Shown: positions 25,988 through 40,587, numbered from the stretch's first letter. The stretch: 64,000 bases of DNA from Amoeboaphelidium protococcarum X5 (GCA_023515725.1 JALDTO010000212.1:235812-299811), one strand, 5' to 3'. Numbers and translations are program-made. The notes: generated by a model from the letters alone, not told the origin.

Positions 25988-26946
25988 TTTTGAGTCGTTA
26001 ATGGAATATATACGTGATTTTGAAACTTTGTTTGACTTTGTATCTGAAAGCTTCCCCTTTGTTGAATAAATTCAATATTATAACATCCCAAAGGCCCCGA
26101 CGACTCGGCAAGACACGTTACATCATATGAATTTTCGGTCAGATTGCGCAGTAGTTCTGTCCATCAATTGTTCATTATAACCGGCTCTGATCAATGTGAC
26201 TTTAGTGCAATCCAATATCAGCATAATCACTTTCATCAGCGCAAAACCACAACGCCTCTCTTTAGAGGTTCCTTCACTATTAAAGCACAATTTCATCAGA
26301 CTTTAACACACTAAGGAATACTATTTACAGTTGAGTATTCGTAGCAATTAATATCCCATAAGATAGTTGATTCTCGGACACCACAAGAACATTTTTAGTT
26401 GGTCGGTCGGCGTGTTCTTAGTTTCAAGCCCATAGTCTCGATTAGGCCTCCCAATAAAATATTGGTTACTTCAATCGAATATTTCGCTATTGACACCATT
26501 AATATTACTTTAGTGCGAGTGTTATGCTGTATCATGATTTAATAACTCTTTAAAATTGATTATTATTTTAGGCGATTAACATTAATAATGAGAAGTTGAT
26601 TTGTGGTTGGATTTTAATAAATGTTGAATCGATGTTTTTCATACTTTCAAAGTTTCTTTCTCAATTTACTAATTATAGCAGTAGTTTTCATACATATAGA
26701 TATTACGCTTTAGCATTAAAAAGGTGTCTTTCGCAGTAAACTACTTTCTGGAAATATATATTGCTCACCTGTTGCATTAAATATTCATGAGGCTTGAAAT
26801 CTTAGATCGCACCCAATCAATGTGCAGTGCTCCTGTAAACGTTAACTTGCCGTGTTTTTCACTACTTTTACATCTGTGACATTGTGGCGTTGCGTCCCTT
26901 TTTTACCTCCACTCCATCGTAATTTGATTTTGATAATTGATTTAAA

Positions 26947-27975
26947 ATGAAGAGCTAATTTTTGATTGTGTGCGTGTATACTCTGGTACTTTTTTGCCAT
27001 TTATTGAATGCTGGCTCATTCACAGAAGGTATTAATGATGTCACTCAGTAAATCGCGAATGGTGATTCCATTGAACAACTTCTGGCTGAGTCTAAGTCTG
27101 AAGCGCTTCTTAATGACGACGCTGCTTCAGAGTCTAATTTGCAGGCTTTGGAATGCCCAATCTGCATGGAGATTTATGGACAAGATTAAACGCGTGCGAT
27201 GGAATGTTGTCGGCAGCAGGTATGCGCTGATTGTGTAGATCTGATCAAAAGCGACTAGATGGAGACATGCGCGTTTTGTAGGCACCCTCTCTTTGGCAAT
27301 AGCGAGTAGAGCGTGGTGATCAATGGTCTTCAGCAGATTAGTTTAAATTTAAAGTGGGTCGAAAATGTCTTGAAGCGATCACCAGCTATAAAGAGTATAG
27401 ATATGACGTGGCTGCGGTTGTATCGATAGTCTCATGAATTTCTAAAAGAAAGTGCACTATAGATCGATAAAATGGCCATGTCTTAGATTGTGAATTTACC
27501 CTAGCGTAATTTGGGTGAGGAGTTTAATGATCGTCCCTTTGATTCCAGTCAGTCTGGCATGAAGCTCAAGGAGGATGTGGGAAAATTTTATTAGGCTGTG
27601 CTCAAGATCGAAGGCTCGCTGCATCTTTGCATAGGATCCCGCATACTTTTAGATTAACTTATTGATCTTGTCGCGGAAACGAATGATTATAAAAGACAAC
27701 GGCGCTTAATAAAGAACAATGATGCTATGGTTCGGCTCATAAATAAGTCGTTAAATTCTCTTTTTTATGATGTGGCGCTCACGCTCAAGAAATTTGAGTA
27801 AGTACTTTGGGCTAGGAAGGCAGTCAGGAATGATCCTTTGCTACATTTTCACCGAATAGACTACTCCAGGTTTGAGCCTTTATTTGATCCTGCAGACTAT
27901 TGGCCGAATTCGAAGCTAGCATTGCGTCACTCAATTGCAACTGGTGATAATACCGAATAGGAAGTTAAACCGTGA
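26947..27975 (+). CDS. Signal peptide + RING-type zinc finger + unknown helical domain (paralog 2, 342 aa)
   Basis: Signal-like MKSQFLIVCVYTLVLFCHLLNA/GSF. RING-like ECPICMEIYGQDQTRAMECCRQQVCADC...CAFCRHP. Shares D(L/M)TWLxLY, IVNLPxRxLGEEF and FxPLFDPxxY with 22657..23616. Confidence 0.82.
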
Positions 27976-28219
27976 TTTTTAGTTCTATAGCACTCATATA
28001 TACAGTAGGTTAATGCAAGCGCTTGATTAAGTAATGTATTCTTAGTAGAACACTTTAATCTAATTATGTGTTGAGTTTCACGATTAACTCCTGAATTTAC
28101 TCCATTTCGTGTGATCACCTCACTCTGCGACCATCACCCTTGTTCTTAAAAACAGTTGAAAAGATCATTTGATCAAGAAATTAACGCCCAATAATCTCTG
28201 AAATTAAACAGCTTTTAGT

Positions 28220-28585
28220 ATGGCAAATAATAGTAACAGTTAATACGCTCCATTACCAGTGTATGATGATTTGGAGAAAGCTCCTCTGATGACATCTTAA
28301 ACTCAGGGACAAGGCTATTATCCTACGCAGATTGTGTACGTGCAGAAAGACAACAGCGAGGATGAATTCCCTACCCAGCTGGTATTGTTTTTGATTGGCT
28401 TCATCTTTCCTCTGTGCTGGTTCATCGGTAGCTGCATCCCATCATTCTCCCGCCTCAACATTGCATTTAGAATGGCAAACAGGGTCATTACTGCTCTGAC
28501 TGTCATCTCGGTAATAATCCTGATTGTAATGTTTGGCATCATTGGGTATCATATTGATTAGGAGAACAGACTTGTGATTGATTGA
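28220..28585 (+). CDS. Small membrane protein (121 aa)
   Basis: Pro/Tyr/Gln-rich N-terminus, LFLIGFIFPLCWFIG hydrophobic motif and a C-terminal TM helix. TGA 28583-28585. Confidence 0.7.
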
Positions 28586-29076
28586 TTTGAAAGATGATAT
28601 TCCGTTTATTTGAGAGAATAATAAATATTATGCTTTAATTTTGTTGATGTTTTTATAAAAGAATATGGGCACATATTCCAGACGGAATGGCGAATGGCCT
28701 ATATAAGTGCCACTTGTGGTATGTCACATTCTTTACGTGTGAACTCTTGTTCGAATTCGACGCTCTCATTCTTCTCTTCTTTCTCGTTCCTAATGGGAAG
28801 CAGTCAAGGAGCACACACGCCATTTTTTCCGCGTTTCTGTCTCTGTGCAATTTCACTCACATCATTCCTCATGTGCTCTTTTTCTTTTCTCTCGCATTTC
28901 CTGTCCTTCTTCCTCTGCTGTTCCTTTCTTCTTCTTTCCTTCACTCTTGTTTGGTGTTTTAGTTTATCGTTTAATTATCTTTAGATCTCCTGTATTATTT
29001 AATCCAGATTGTGAAGAAATACCTAAAACAGACTACCTTGTGGTATAATACTAATAATAATAATAATACAAACAAG

Positions 29077-30906
29077 ATGAATGTTGAATAATCTGATAAC
29101 GGCTCAAACAGCAACTAGAACTTGAGCAGTGATGCTATGTAGACTGGGTAGAACGATGAGGCTCTTTACCCAATTGCAGTGTTGATTGATGAATTGAAGC
29201 ATGAGGAGGTCACCTATCGCCTCAATGCCATCCGTAGACTGGGAACTATTGCTCTAGCTTTGGGTGTCGACAGGGCCAGAGATGAGTTGGTTCCCTTCCT
29301 GGAAGAGTCCATCGATGATGAAGACGAAGTGTTGCAGGCACTGGCTGAGGAGATTGCCAACTTGATCGACTACATTGGCGGTGCTTAGTTTGCCCATGTC
29401 CTCCTGTCGCCTCTGGAACACCTGGCCACTATTGAGGAGACTGTTGTGCGAGACAAAGCAGCAGAGTCCATCAATAAGGTGGCTGTTGTGCTCAGTGCTG
29501 ACCAAGTTGAACGTTTCTACCTGCCCATGTTGAAGCGTCTGACTTCTGGTGACTGGTTTACTAGCCGTACGTCTGCATGTGCGATTTACTCTTCCATATA
29601 TTAGAAGGCTAATCCTGGGTAGTAGGAGGAGTTGCGTGCTCTATTCAGTCAACTCTGTAAGGATGATACTCCGATGGTTCGTCGTGCTGCGGCTACCCAT
29701 TTTGGCTCGTTTATGAAGGTTATCCAGAAGGCTAATCTAATCAAGGATTTTATCCCATTGTACGCCAATTTGTCTCAAGATGATTAGGACTCAGTGAGAT
29801 TATTAACTGTGGAAGCAGGTGTCTGTATCGCTGAACTCCTGACCAATGATGAGACCAAGACTCATTTGGCCGGTACTTTGCGCAGTCTGTATAATGACAA
29901 GAGCTGGCGTGTGAGATATATCATTGCTGAGAAGTTTGTCCGCTTGGCGAATGCAGTTGGAAAGCAGCTTACTGCTGAAGATTTGACTCCGGCTTTTGTG
30001 CGAATCCTCAAAGATCCCGAAGCTGAGGTAAGAACTTCTGCCGCTAGTCAGCTGCCTGGGTACTGTGCTTTAATAGAACCATCTGTGGTGCTGGAGAAGA
30101 TTCTGCCGTGTGTCAAAGAGTTGGTCACCGACGGATCATAGCATGTAAGAGCAGCCATTGCCCTGCAGATTAGTGGTCTGGCTCCGGTGTTGGGCAAGGA
30201 GAACACTTCTGAACACTTGCTGCCTCTGTTTTTGCAAGCTTTGAAGGATGAGTTTCCAGATGTGCGTTTGAATATCATCAGCAAGTTGGAGAATGTGAAC
30301 GCTGTGATTGGAATTGAGGCTCTGTCGCAGTCATTGTTGCCAGCTATCGTTGAGTTGTCTGAAGATAAGCAGTGGCGTGTGCGTTTGGCCATTATTGAGT
30401 TTATCCCATTGCTGGCCAAGTAGTTGGGAATTTAGTTCTTTGATGATCAACTGTCTAGTATGTGTATGAGCTGGTTGAATGACCCCATCTGGTCTATTCG
30501 TGAGGCTGCCACTAATAACTTGAGACGTTTGGCTGAGGCATTTGGTTCAGACTGGGCCAGAAAGAATATCCTGCCAAAGATTCTGCCTAATGCATCACAT
30601 CTGGTGTTCACCTACCGTCTGACCACTCTATTTGCGCTGACCACTCTGTCCACGGCTATGAGTCCTGAGGTGGTCAAGAGTGATATTTTGCCGACTCTGC
30701 TCACCCTGTGCAAGGACCCAGTGCCTAATATTCGCTTCAATTGTGCCAAGGCTTTAGAAACCGTTGTCCCAATATTGAAGAAGGATGCTAACGTGGCTAA
30801 TAGTCTTGCAACTGAGGTAAAGCCGGTACTGGCAAAGATGAGCTCCGAGGATGGTGATGCTGATGTCAAGTTCTTCTCCAGCCGAGCATTGTCTTCTGTA
30901 GCTTGA
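29077..30906 (+). CDS. TPD3: Protein phosphatase 2A scaffold (A) subunit, HEAT repeats
   Basis: [57 protein letters not shown] and [12 protein letters not shown]. Confidence 0.97.
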
Positions 30907-31071
30907 TTAATTGGAGATTGAGTTACTTATCAGACAGAGCTGAATATCAAGTAGATTTATGATAAGTTTCTGAATAATGTAAAGTGTATCTATGTGTGTG
31001 TGTATGGATCAAATGAAACTAAGCGTATTGTACGAGTGCGTATAGTTTATAATTTCTAACGGGTTTAATAT

Positions 31072-32241
<1,170 letters not shown>

Positions 32242-32628
32242 TCTTAATATTAATGACTCTTAACGCCACGTAAGTTTAAGATCACTAAATTATACGGCAA
32301 CAATAAGTGAAGTGACTTGAATGAAAACGAATCAAAGAAATTGCCTGATTGAGAAGATCTCTGATCATGATGATCAGCCGACTGTCTGAAATGTACATGA
32401 CCACGTAAAAGATTAGATTAAATTCACTTAAATTAATAATTAATTCATAGAATCATTAAGCGATTCTATAATAGCAAAATTGTTTGCGAATGCGAAAGTC
32501 AAGCCTATATCAAGCTCACCTCCACGGTGAAATCTTATTCAACCGTTAAAACTCTTTCGCGGACTTTAATCGTTCCCTTTTCTAATCGTAATATCAATCA
32601 GGCAAAGAGAAGCTTTAAGTATCAGAAA

Positions 32629-33543
32629 ATGTTGCGATCTGTTATCACACGCCGTTCTATGACCATTCATCCTCCTATTGCAGGAGTGCCGCTATCCAAA
32701 GCTGGGAAGAATGTGGAAAAGTTGTTCAGTCCAGATTTTAAGGAGAATGCAGATTACGCGCTTGATAAGGATCGTCTGCCTTGGGTACCGGCGCGTCTGT
32801 AGAAGCGAATATAGGCGTAGAAACACGTCCGCGATCGTTAGTTGAGATTATAGTAGATGGTGCAAGAGGCTGAATAGAATATTAGTGATGTTATAGTTAC
32901 AGCGAATGATACCCAGAATTAGGAACCTGTTGCTAGTGATATCGCTAGTAGAGGAGATGACCAATTTACTCCTCTGATGAGTCCTAACGTTGTGGACGAT
33001 TACAAGTAACGCGTCGAATTGACAAGGCTAAAGTACAAGAGCGAGATTTAGTAGATTCTTGATAAGCAGCAATAGCTTGAGCTTAATGCCTAAAAGTAGT
33101 TAAAGAGTTTGAATGAGGAGCGTTCGCGCACCTAGAAAGCTGAAGAGCAGTAGTAAAATGAGAACATGTTGGCAGATGCAGAAAATCGCGCCGTGTCTCT
33201 AATCACTGATTATATGCACAGAGCTGTTAAGGCGCGTGCAGAGATGGATAAGCGATAGATGCGCGCTGAGATGAAAGTGAAATAGGCGTTAAGTGGTCTT
33301 GCTAGCGTCAGCGGATCTTTCATTACCAACATGGATCAACTGAATGAGGCTATCGACAAGTGCTTATCCGCAGAGCCAAAGCCATTAATGACACCACCAT
33401 TGTCAAAGTTGACTGAGGCTGCAGAAACTTCTAGTGGACGCCACTGGTGGATTGACTCTAGAACTTTGAAGCGTGTCCATGAGAATCAATTAACAACGCA
33501 GCGTTAGAAAGCTTTGGTCAATGCTATAGAGAATGAACCATGA
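32629..33543 (+). CDS. Coiled-coil protein with mitochondrial-type presequence; possibly mitoribosomal mS26
   Basis: Presequence-like MLRSVITRRSMT start and a long charged helix. SFITNMDQLNEAIDKCL resembles the mS26 FITxENLxxxIExAL motif. Confidence 0.5.
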
Positions 33544-33660
33544 ATAATCACGTTAAATATCTGTTACAGAAACCTCTCTACTTTGTGTCGCTTCCTTCTT
33601 TCTCTTTCAGTCTAATGAGAACTTTTTGTTCTACATTTGATTAGCGAGGATTCTTACAAT

Positions 33661-35367
33661 ATGACCAGCAAGAGATCGCGAGATATAAACGTTATAGACC
33701 TCACAGGTAGCGATGATAAAGAATAGCCAGAGGCTTTTAGCTCTGGTGGTGGTAGTAGCGCGAAAAAGTTAAAGCAAACTAGCCATGGTAATGTCAACTC
33801 GTAATTCTACTTTACCAAAGTCGATCCTCTGCCTGCCAAGTTTAATCAGCGAGCTGTAACAATGAGCCAGCTATTAAATCCTGTATGTCTTTATCGCAAT
33901 ATAGTCCTAGTCATCATCTTTAACATTTCAGGATATGATGTAGAATGATGGTGTTACGTTATGCGAAATGTTTCAATTCAATTTCGAAGTTGATCTCGAT
34001 TGGCTGATGATGCATCTACCTTCTATTATACGTACAAAGATTCCCGTCACGGTGTACCATGGCTGGCGAAGACCTGAGAGTATCGCTAGATACAAGGTAT
34101 TTCTAGATAAAAATACGCTCATTTAATACCGAAAATCGCCATTCATGATCAATTTTTAGGAACAGGCTTAGAGGTATAAGAATGTTACAAGTCATAGTCC
34201 TCCGCTCCCGATCACGTATGGAACTCATCACACTAAAATGATGGTGCTTCTATTAAATGAGTATGAGCAATGCTAAATTGTTATATCCACTGCTAATTTA
34301 CATGGTACTGACTACGGGTAAGATTTCCTTTATTAATTGAATCTTAACCATTACGCACTTAAATCTCTAGGAAGTATAAGTGTAGACTGAAAACTTAAGC
34401 ATTGTGGAGATCTCCTACGCTTCAACTTAAGGCTAAATCCGGTGCATAACACGGTAACTAGTCAAGTCGATTTGAGCGCGATTTCTTGGACTATTTGGCA
34501 GCGTATGGGTAAATGACTTATCATTTGAGATAATTGGTAGCCAAGTATGATATGGCCCCGTGTGATGTCGTTCATCTTATCGCTTCAGTACCAGGTCGGC
34601 ACACTGGACAGAATTTGCACAAGTACGGTCATATGAAGTTGAGGGCGGTATTGAAGGCTCATTATGATACTACGAAAGGTCCGACCTGTGCCACCAAAGA
34701 CTCTGTCATTTGCTAAATGTCCTCTATAGGAAGTCTTGGTGCATCTGCTGACAGCTGGCTAACTGGTGAATTTCTTACAAGTTTATCTTCTTCTAGTCAG
34801 AGAAAATAAGAGCCAACATTGACATCTGTATTAGGTAGTTAGAATTCGCAGTGTGATATGAAATTGGTGTTTCCCACAGTGGATAATGTCAGAAACAGTT
34901 TGGAGGGATACGATGCCGGAGGCTCAATTCCATTCGATGAGAAGAACTGGATCAAGTAGAGAGGATATATGTAGCCACTTCTACACTCTTGGTAAGCGAC
35001 TATGAGTGGCCGTACTAGGTGCATGCCACATATAAAGACATTTACGCGTATACGGTAAACGGATGGTGAAGCACGAGATGGCGATTCGAAGTAGCAGTAT
35101 CGACAATAGTGGTTTTTATTAACTTCGGCAAATCTGAGTAAAGCTGCATGGGGATAACTAGAGAAGAATGGCGTGTAGTTGATGATACGAAGCTATGAGT
35201 TAGGTGTTCTTATCGTGGCTGATTCGGCACAAGGTTTATAGCTTGAGAAGTTGGCTCTACCTTACGACTTGCCTCTAACCAAGTACAAGCCTGGTGATAG
35301 AGTATGGACATGGAATGGGTCACATCCAGATCCAGACATTTTCGGAAGAAGGATTAATCATGGTTGA
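33661..35367 (+). CDS. TDP1: Tyrosyl-DNA phosphodiesterase 1; introns about 33883..33931, 34097..34159 and 34318..34370 (or 34385)
   Basis: [61 protein letters not shown] and IRSYELGVL. Confidence 0.95.
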
Positions 35368-35429
35368 CGTTTATTAATAAATCACTATTTTATTTAACAC
35401 TTGACTATAGATCCACCTTTTCGATACAC

Positions 35430-37547
35430 TCATTGTAAATCTTTGATGTTCTGAAAGAGTGATAGACTTTCAGGATTCGCTAGCGTGGCTGAAGGTGTAA
35501 CAGACTATCCGTTCAATATTTTCTTCACAGCCACCTCCACCTTCTTTCCATTGACAGTGTATGGAATGTCTTCTATAGGCAGGATGAAAGCTGGAACGTG
35601 ACGAGGGCTTAGCTGAGTTCTAATCTGTGCCTTGATCCGGTTGCGCAAGTCATCTGTCAGTTATTGACCTGGATTTAATTTCAAGAATAGTACCACCCGC
35701 TCATCCGTATCACCATGTCTTCTCTAACCAATAGCCAGCGAGTCGGCAACTTCCAATTTAAAATGCTTTTCCACCACATTATACAGCTCAGCACTGCCAA
35801 ATCTTACTCCAGCAGGTTTCAGAATGCCATCAGAGCGGCCCAACATGATAACGCCCTTAGTCACCGGGTTGATCCATACGTAGTCTCCGTGGTACCAGAC
35901 ATTCTGATACTGACTGAAATACGCATCTCTGTACTTGGAATTATTGGCATCGTCTCCCCAAAATTTCACAGGCATACAAGGAAACGGTTTGGTGCACACA
36001 AGATCTCCAGAAAGTCCTTGCACACTGGAAACACTTCCATTAATAGGTACACGGATGATTTATGTGGCGTTTGATTAATCTTTCTACTATATACTATCAG
36101 TCCAAGACTCAACGGCCATACCGAGTGATCGACATTGAATCTCACCTCTGTACACTGGCAAAATACAACAATTTCCGGCAAAGAGACTTACAATATCAGT
36201 GCCTCCAGTGATACTGGCAATCTATATATTCGGCTTAATCTATTCTAGAATGAAATCGTAGTTATGCGGTAGAAGAGGAGATCCAGTAGAAAATATAGTC
36301 TTCAAGTGCTACATCGGGTACTTTTCCAGAGGATGTACCTTCATATCTTGACAACTTTATAAAAATTTGGCAGATGTACCAAAATGTGAAACTTTATACT
36401 TTTCACACAATTAAAACAGAGCATATCCATCTGGAATAAACGGAGAACCATCATACAAAACTATTGTACATCCCACCAGCAGCCCGCTGACTAACCAGTT
36501 CCACATCATCCATCCCGTGGTGGTAAACTAGAAAAATACATTCTCTCTTCTCATGTCAGAATGTAAGACATGCTCTTTTAAATGCTACAATAGAGGCCCA
36601 CCATGTCCATGTGTTATACACTTTGGCTATCCAGTTGTCCCAGATGAATACAAAATATACAGCGGATGTCCAAATGGAACTCGGGCATAATTAAACGATT
36701 CTAAATTTTATGAAGCAGGTGTATCCAGAATACCTTTCCATTCCACAATCTTCACCAAAGAAGATAGCTATTACTACAACTATCCAGTTTACGGTTATTA
36801 ATCCGCGACAAAATCAATCAACACTAAGCACTTAAGTGATGATTAAAGTCCAGCGCAAATTTCACTCAACTTCTTCATATTGTCATGAGTTTTTTTATTA
36901 TATACCACGGCATTCACAGAGAATATAACTTTAGGCTAGATTTGTATAAATCTATCCAACACTGCAGTAACTCCAAAATCACAAGAAGCCGCACTCCAGA
37001 TGGCACCAATTGAAGCACAAGCCAGGAAAGCAATAACGGATTCCACACAATTAGGAACATACCCAACCACTGTATCACCAACCTGAATATGCAAATCATC
37101 CCGTAGATAAGTAGCTAGTCGGAATACACTCTGACGCAACTCTACATAACTCATCTACTTTTCCCATTTCATCGATTCCCCAGTGGCGATGACAGCAAGA
37201 CGATCCTAGTCTGTCCATCTCAACGCATTCTCAGCGTAATTCAATTAAATACCACCAAACCAAGATGGCAGATCTGCAATACGATCATGTTCCAACACAA
37301 AGTCAATCTCACCAGAGTGAATTATGTCAAAATGCTCCCAGACAGCCATCCAAAATTACTCTACGTTTTACACTGACCACTAGTACAAATCTTCGTAAGT
37401 CTTAAGATTAACCTTGAACTATATATACACCTTCTTCATAAACTGAGTGATGGACGCTTTCTAAACATCCTGATCAGAGGGTATATGAACGGCTTTAGGA
37501 TTGAAATTCAGGTGCTCAGACTCTTCTTCCATACTTACAACCGGCAT
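35430..37547 (-). CDS. AACS: Acetoacetyl-CoA synthetase (AMP-binding)
   Basis: [56 protein letters not shown]...[20 protein letters not shown] and [16 protein letters not shown]. Confidence 0.93.
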
Positions 37548-37795
37548 TGATTCAAAATCAATTGCTCTTAATTGATTTCAAAAGTTGCAATATACCGCAG
37601 TATGTAATGATAGAATAAAGCTGCCTTGTACAATATATTAACCACCAACCAGTAAGAGAGATGGGAAAACAAAATGGAATTGTGTGGCGTTTCAACTTGG
37701 CGATCTTTGAACTTTTATCGCGTCAACAGTAACGGTCGCTATTACATTGTGCGCCATCATCTTACTTCGTTCTCAAATTGATACGTTGTCGTAAA

Positions 37796-39331
37796 ATGTC
37801 ACTCCTACTTCCTCCGTATGATGAGAAATTGGGAAACAGATAGAGATTGAGTGTATGTGGTAAGAGCGATGATTATGATGATGGCAAGAAATCCTCTGTT
37901 GCAACTTAAACTGATTCTGATGGTACTCACCGCATCGCTCATGATAAATCTCAATAGTAATAAAGCTGGTCTTAATGGTTGTCTCAGAAATTTGACTTTA
38001 TAAGCGAGAGAGTCTACGGTACTAAAAGTCTCACCACCGATTAAGAACCTGTACGCCAGAGTCCCCCACCAGGTACAGTGTACAAGTAGAGGAGTAAAAT
38101 CAGGAACTTGGTGATTATCGGCGTTCATGGCTGGTTTCCGTAGACTAGAATTGTGCAGACAATATTTGGCGAACTTTTGGGAACATCAGAGAAATTCTGC
38201 TCGGGAATGATGAATAGTTTACACGGTATGGATTTAGCTAAAGATGCGAACATTACTGAAATCGCTCTATCTACCCATGGACTATCGGCGAGGGAGAGGG
38301 TGTCAATGTCTTTGGAGTAGATTCTCAATGATGATTCTCACATCGCGGCATTGAGTAAAGCTGATAAAATCATCATCGCTGGACATAGTCAAGGTGCAGT
38401 GGTATCTATACTCTTGGTGCATGAACTTGCAAAGAGGCGTGTAATTGATTTTAATCTAAATGATTGTGTCCTTGTTAGTCTAGCGGGAATTCTACACGGG
38501 CCATTTACGACATTGCGCGGTAATCTCGTCGTGAAATACGTTGAAACGGAAGCCGCGCGTGAATTGTTTCAATTTTGTGAAACGTCGCTGGTCACTCGTA
38601 AATCTTTAGAATAATGTAATCTTGGTGAGGAACCAGTCGAGGATATTCATTCATAATACGTGTCTGCACTTTGCTGGTTACTTGAAAGTGGGCTCTAGTT
38701 GATTTGTATTGCTAGCTGGCTCGATGAAGTTGTGCCACATCATTCATCGCTTCTATGGTCTTTTGATCATCCGAATATCTAACGATACATGTACCTGTCT
38801 GAGTAATCATAGAAACGGATATCATTCAGCAGAGATAATTAGATTGAACCATTTCCAGTGTAGCTGGTATAAACTTTAATCAGCCGACGGAACTTGGGCC
38901 TCGTTGATTATAATATTCTACCAATGATTACTATTTCATGTACTGCTTACTTTCAAGGGAACTTGTACTCTGGGAATGAGCATTCGAAAATATATGAAGA
39001 TCAAGCTGTTTATGATCATTTTATGAAAGTGGCCATGCTCTCTCAGCCCGTTCGATCAGTTGCTGTGACACTTTATCCGTTCAAACCTGAGAAATCATCT
39101 GATAATCTTATGGATGATCGATAAATGTCCATTCCGAATCCTGGTGGTTATGCTGTGTCATTCATGCTCCAGTACATGTTTTAGAAGTTGAAACCATCAG
39201 TCATGTCTCGTCTATCAAGCGCGTACAACGAATGGCAACCATCAAAGCAAGACAAGTCTGGAAGAGACCTAAAGTACAAACTTGTGGCATTCTCACTTGT
39301 TCAGAATGAATCTTAAATTTCGCATCTTTGA
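37796..39331 (+). CDS. YML020W-like alpha/beta hydrolase ending in PTS1-like SHL
   Basis: LVIIGVHGWFP...GTSEKFC, nucleophile elbow AGHSQG, LAGILHGPF, AARELFQF and HSKIYED. C-terminus QISHL-TGA. Confidence 0.8.
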
Positions 39332-39604
39332 ATTAAATAAAGTAATAGATAATGCTGTCATGTAATTATTATTAAGAGTTGAATGGTCAATCTCCTCGAT
39401 CGAAATATAAATGTGGCGCTCTCTGTTTTCCATCGTCAAGCGCCTTGAAAAGATCCCTCAACGCCGACCGAGATCTCGCCGACTTCTTTCCTTTAAAGTG
39501 ATTTCCATAAAAGTCTCTGCACTTTAAATCGTAATTGTCGTTTCGTCTTAAATTCTGGCTTAACTATTATATTAGCCATTCAACAACAATAATACTTGGA
39601 TAAT

Positions 39605-40435
39605 ATGGTGGATAAGAATCTAAAATTAATCAACTCGCAATTAGGAACTGGTCTTCCGCTGCCTGGTGCTTTGGCTAAGGGTGCTAATCCGCAATCTAAA
39701 TATCTAGTTACCGCTGAGAAGGGCGTGGAAAAGCATTTCACCAGCAATGAGATTAAACATGAGCATACTGTATATTTTAAAGACTGTCACGATGTAAAGT
39801 ACACTTTTGCATCTGATATCACTTGCACCAAGATATTCGTGGAAGGATGTAAAAACTTCAGTATCAGTCTCGCTGGCAGAATCATCACCCATACTCTAGA
39901 GGTGTGGAAATGTGAGGGTGATGTTAGTGTCTTGGTCCAGAAAGGAACCAGTGTGCAGACCATGTAGTTGGATCTTTGTCATGGTAATACCACCATTGAG
40001 TATGAAGACTCTGAAGATTTCAATAGACTTATCTGGAGTGCAATGGGTGATTTCAAATTGACGTTCAAATCACATCCTCAGCATGTACTGGAAACTTCAT
40101 CGCAAAAGATGGCAGATAAGAATTCGGACATCAAGGTTGATTCTGACCAGTTTATTGTGAGAATGCTTAAGAACAAGCTGAATTAGAGCGAAGAGCTGCT
40201 GAATGAGCTCATTGTCCGCCTCGAGAATGGTTTCCCGACCACGGAGCGAGAGGCGCGTCAGTTTGAGTTGAGATAAGAGGCGAATCTGCAGAAGCTGGCC
40301 AAAGACCTGTTGGGTGACAATGTAGTCATTAATTCAGCCAAGAATAAGAAGACGGCTGTGCAAGGTCGGAATGACGTTTGTAACTGCGGCTCTGGTAAAA
40401 AGTACAAGAAATGCTGCGGTACTGATGCCATCTGA
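39605..40435 (+). CDS. CAP C-terminal-like (beta-helix) protein with a C-terminal SEC-C zinc-binding motif
   Basis: VYFKDCHDVKY...TKIFVEGCKNFSI...TLEVWKC resemble C-CAP/cofactor C repeats. Ends VQGRNDVCNCGSGKKYKKCCG. Confidence 0.7.
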
Positions 40436-40587
40436 TTGTAAGGCATTTAATATTACTACTTTTACACGTTTGATCTGATAGAAGGTACATCAATAAAATC
40501 TATTCTGATTATTCTTAAAACTATAAACCATAACACGTTATCTTGATTAATAAATGAATTAAATTCTATTCAAAACACAATGCGATA

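Noticed and set aside
28653-29048. Overlapping Phe/Leu/Ser-rich ORFs
   Set aside because: Produced by the pyrimidine-rich promoter/5' UTR upstream of PP2A-A.
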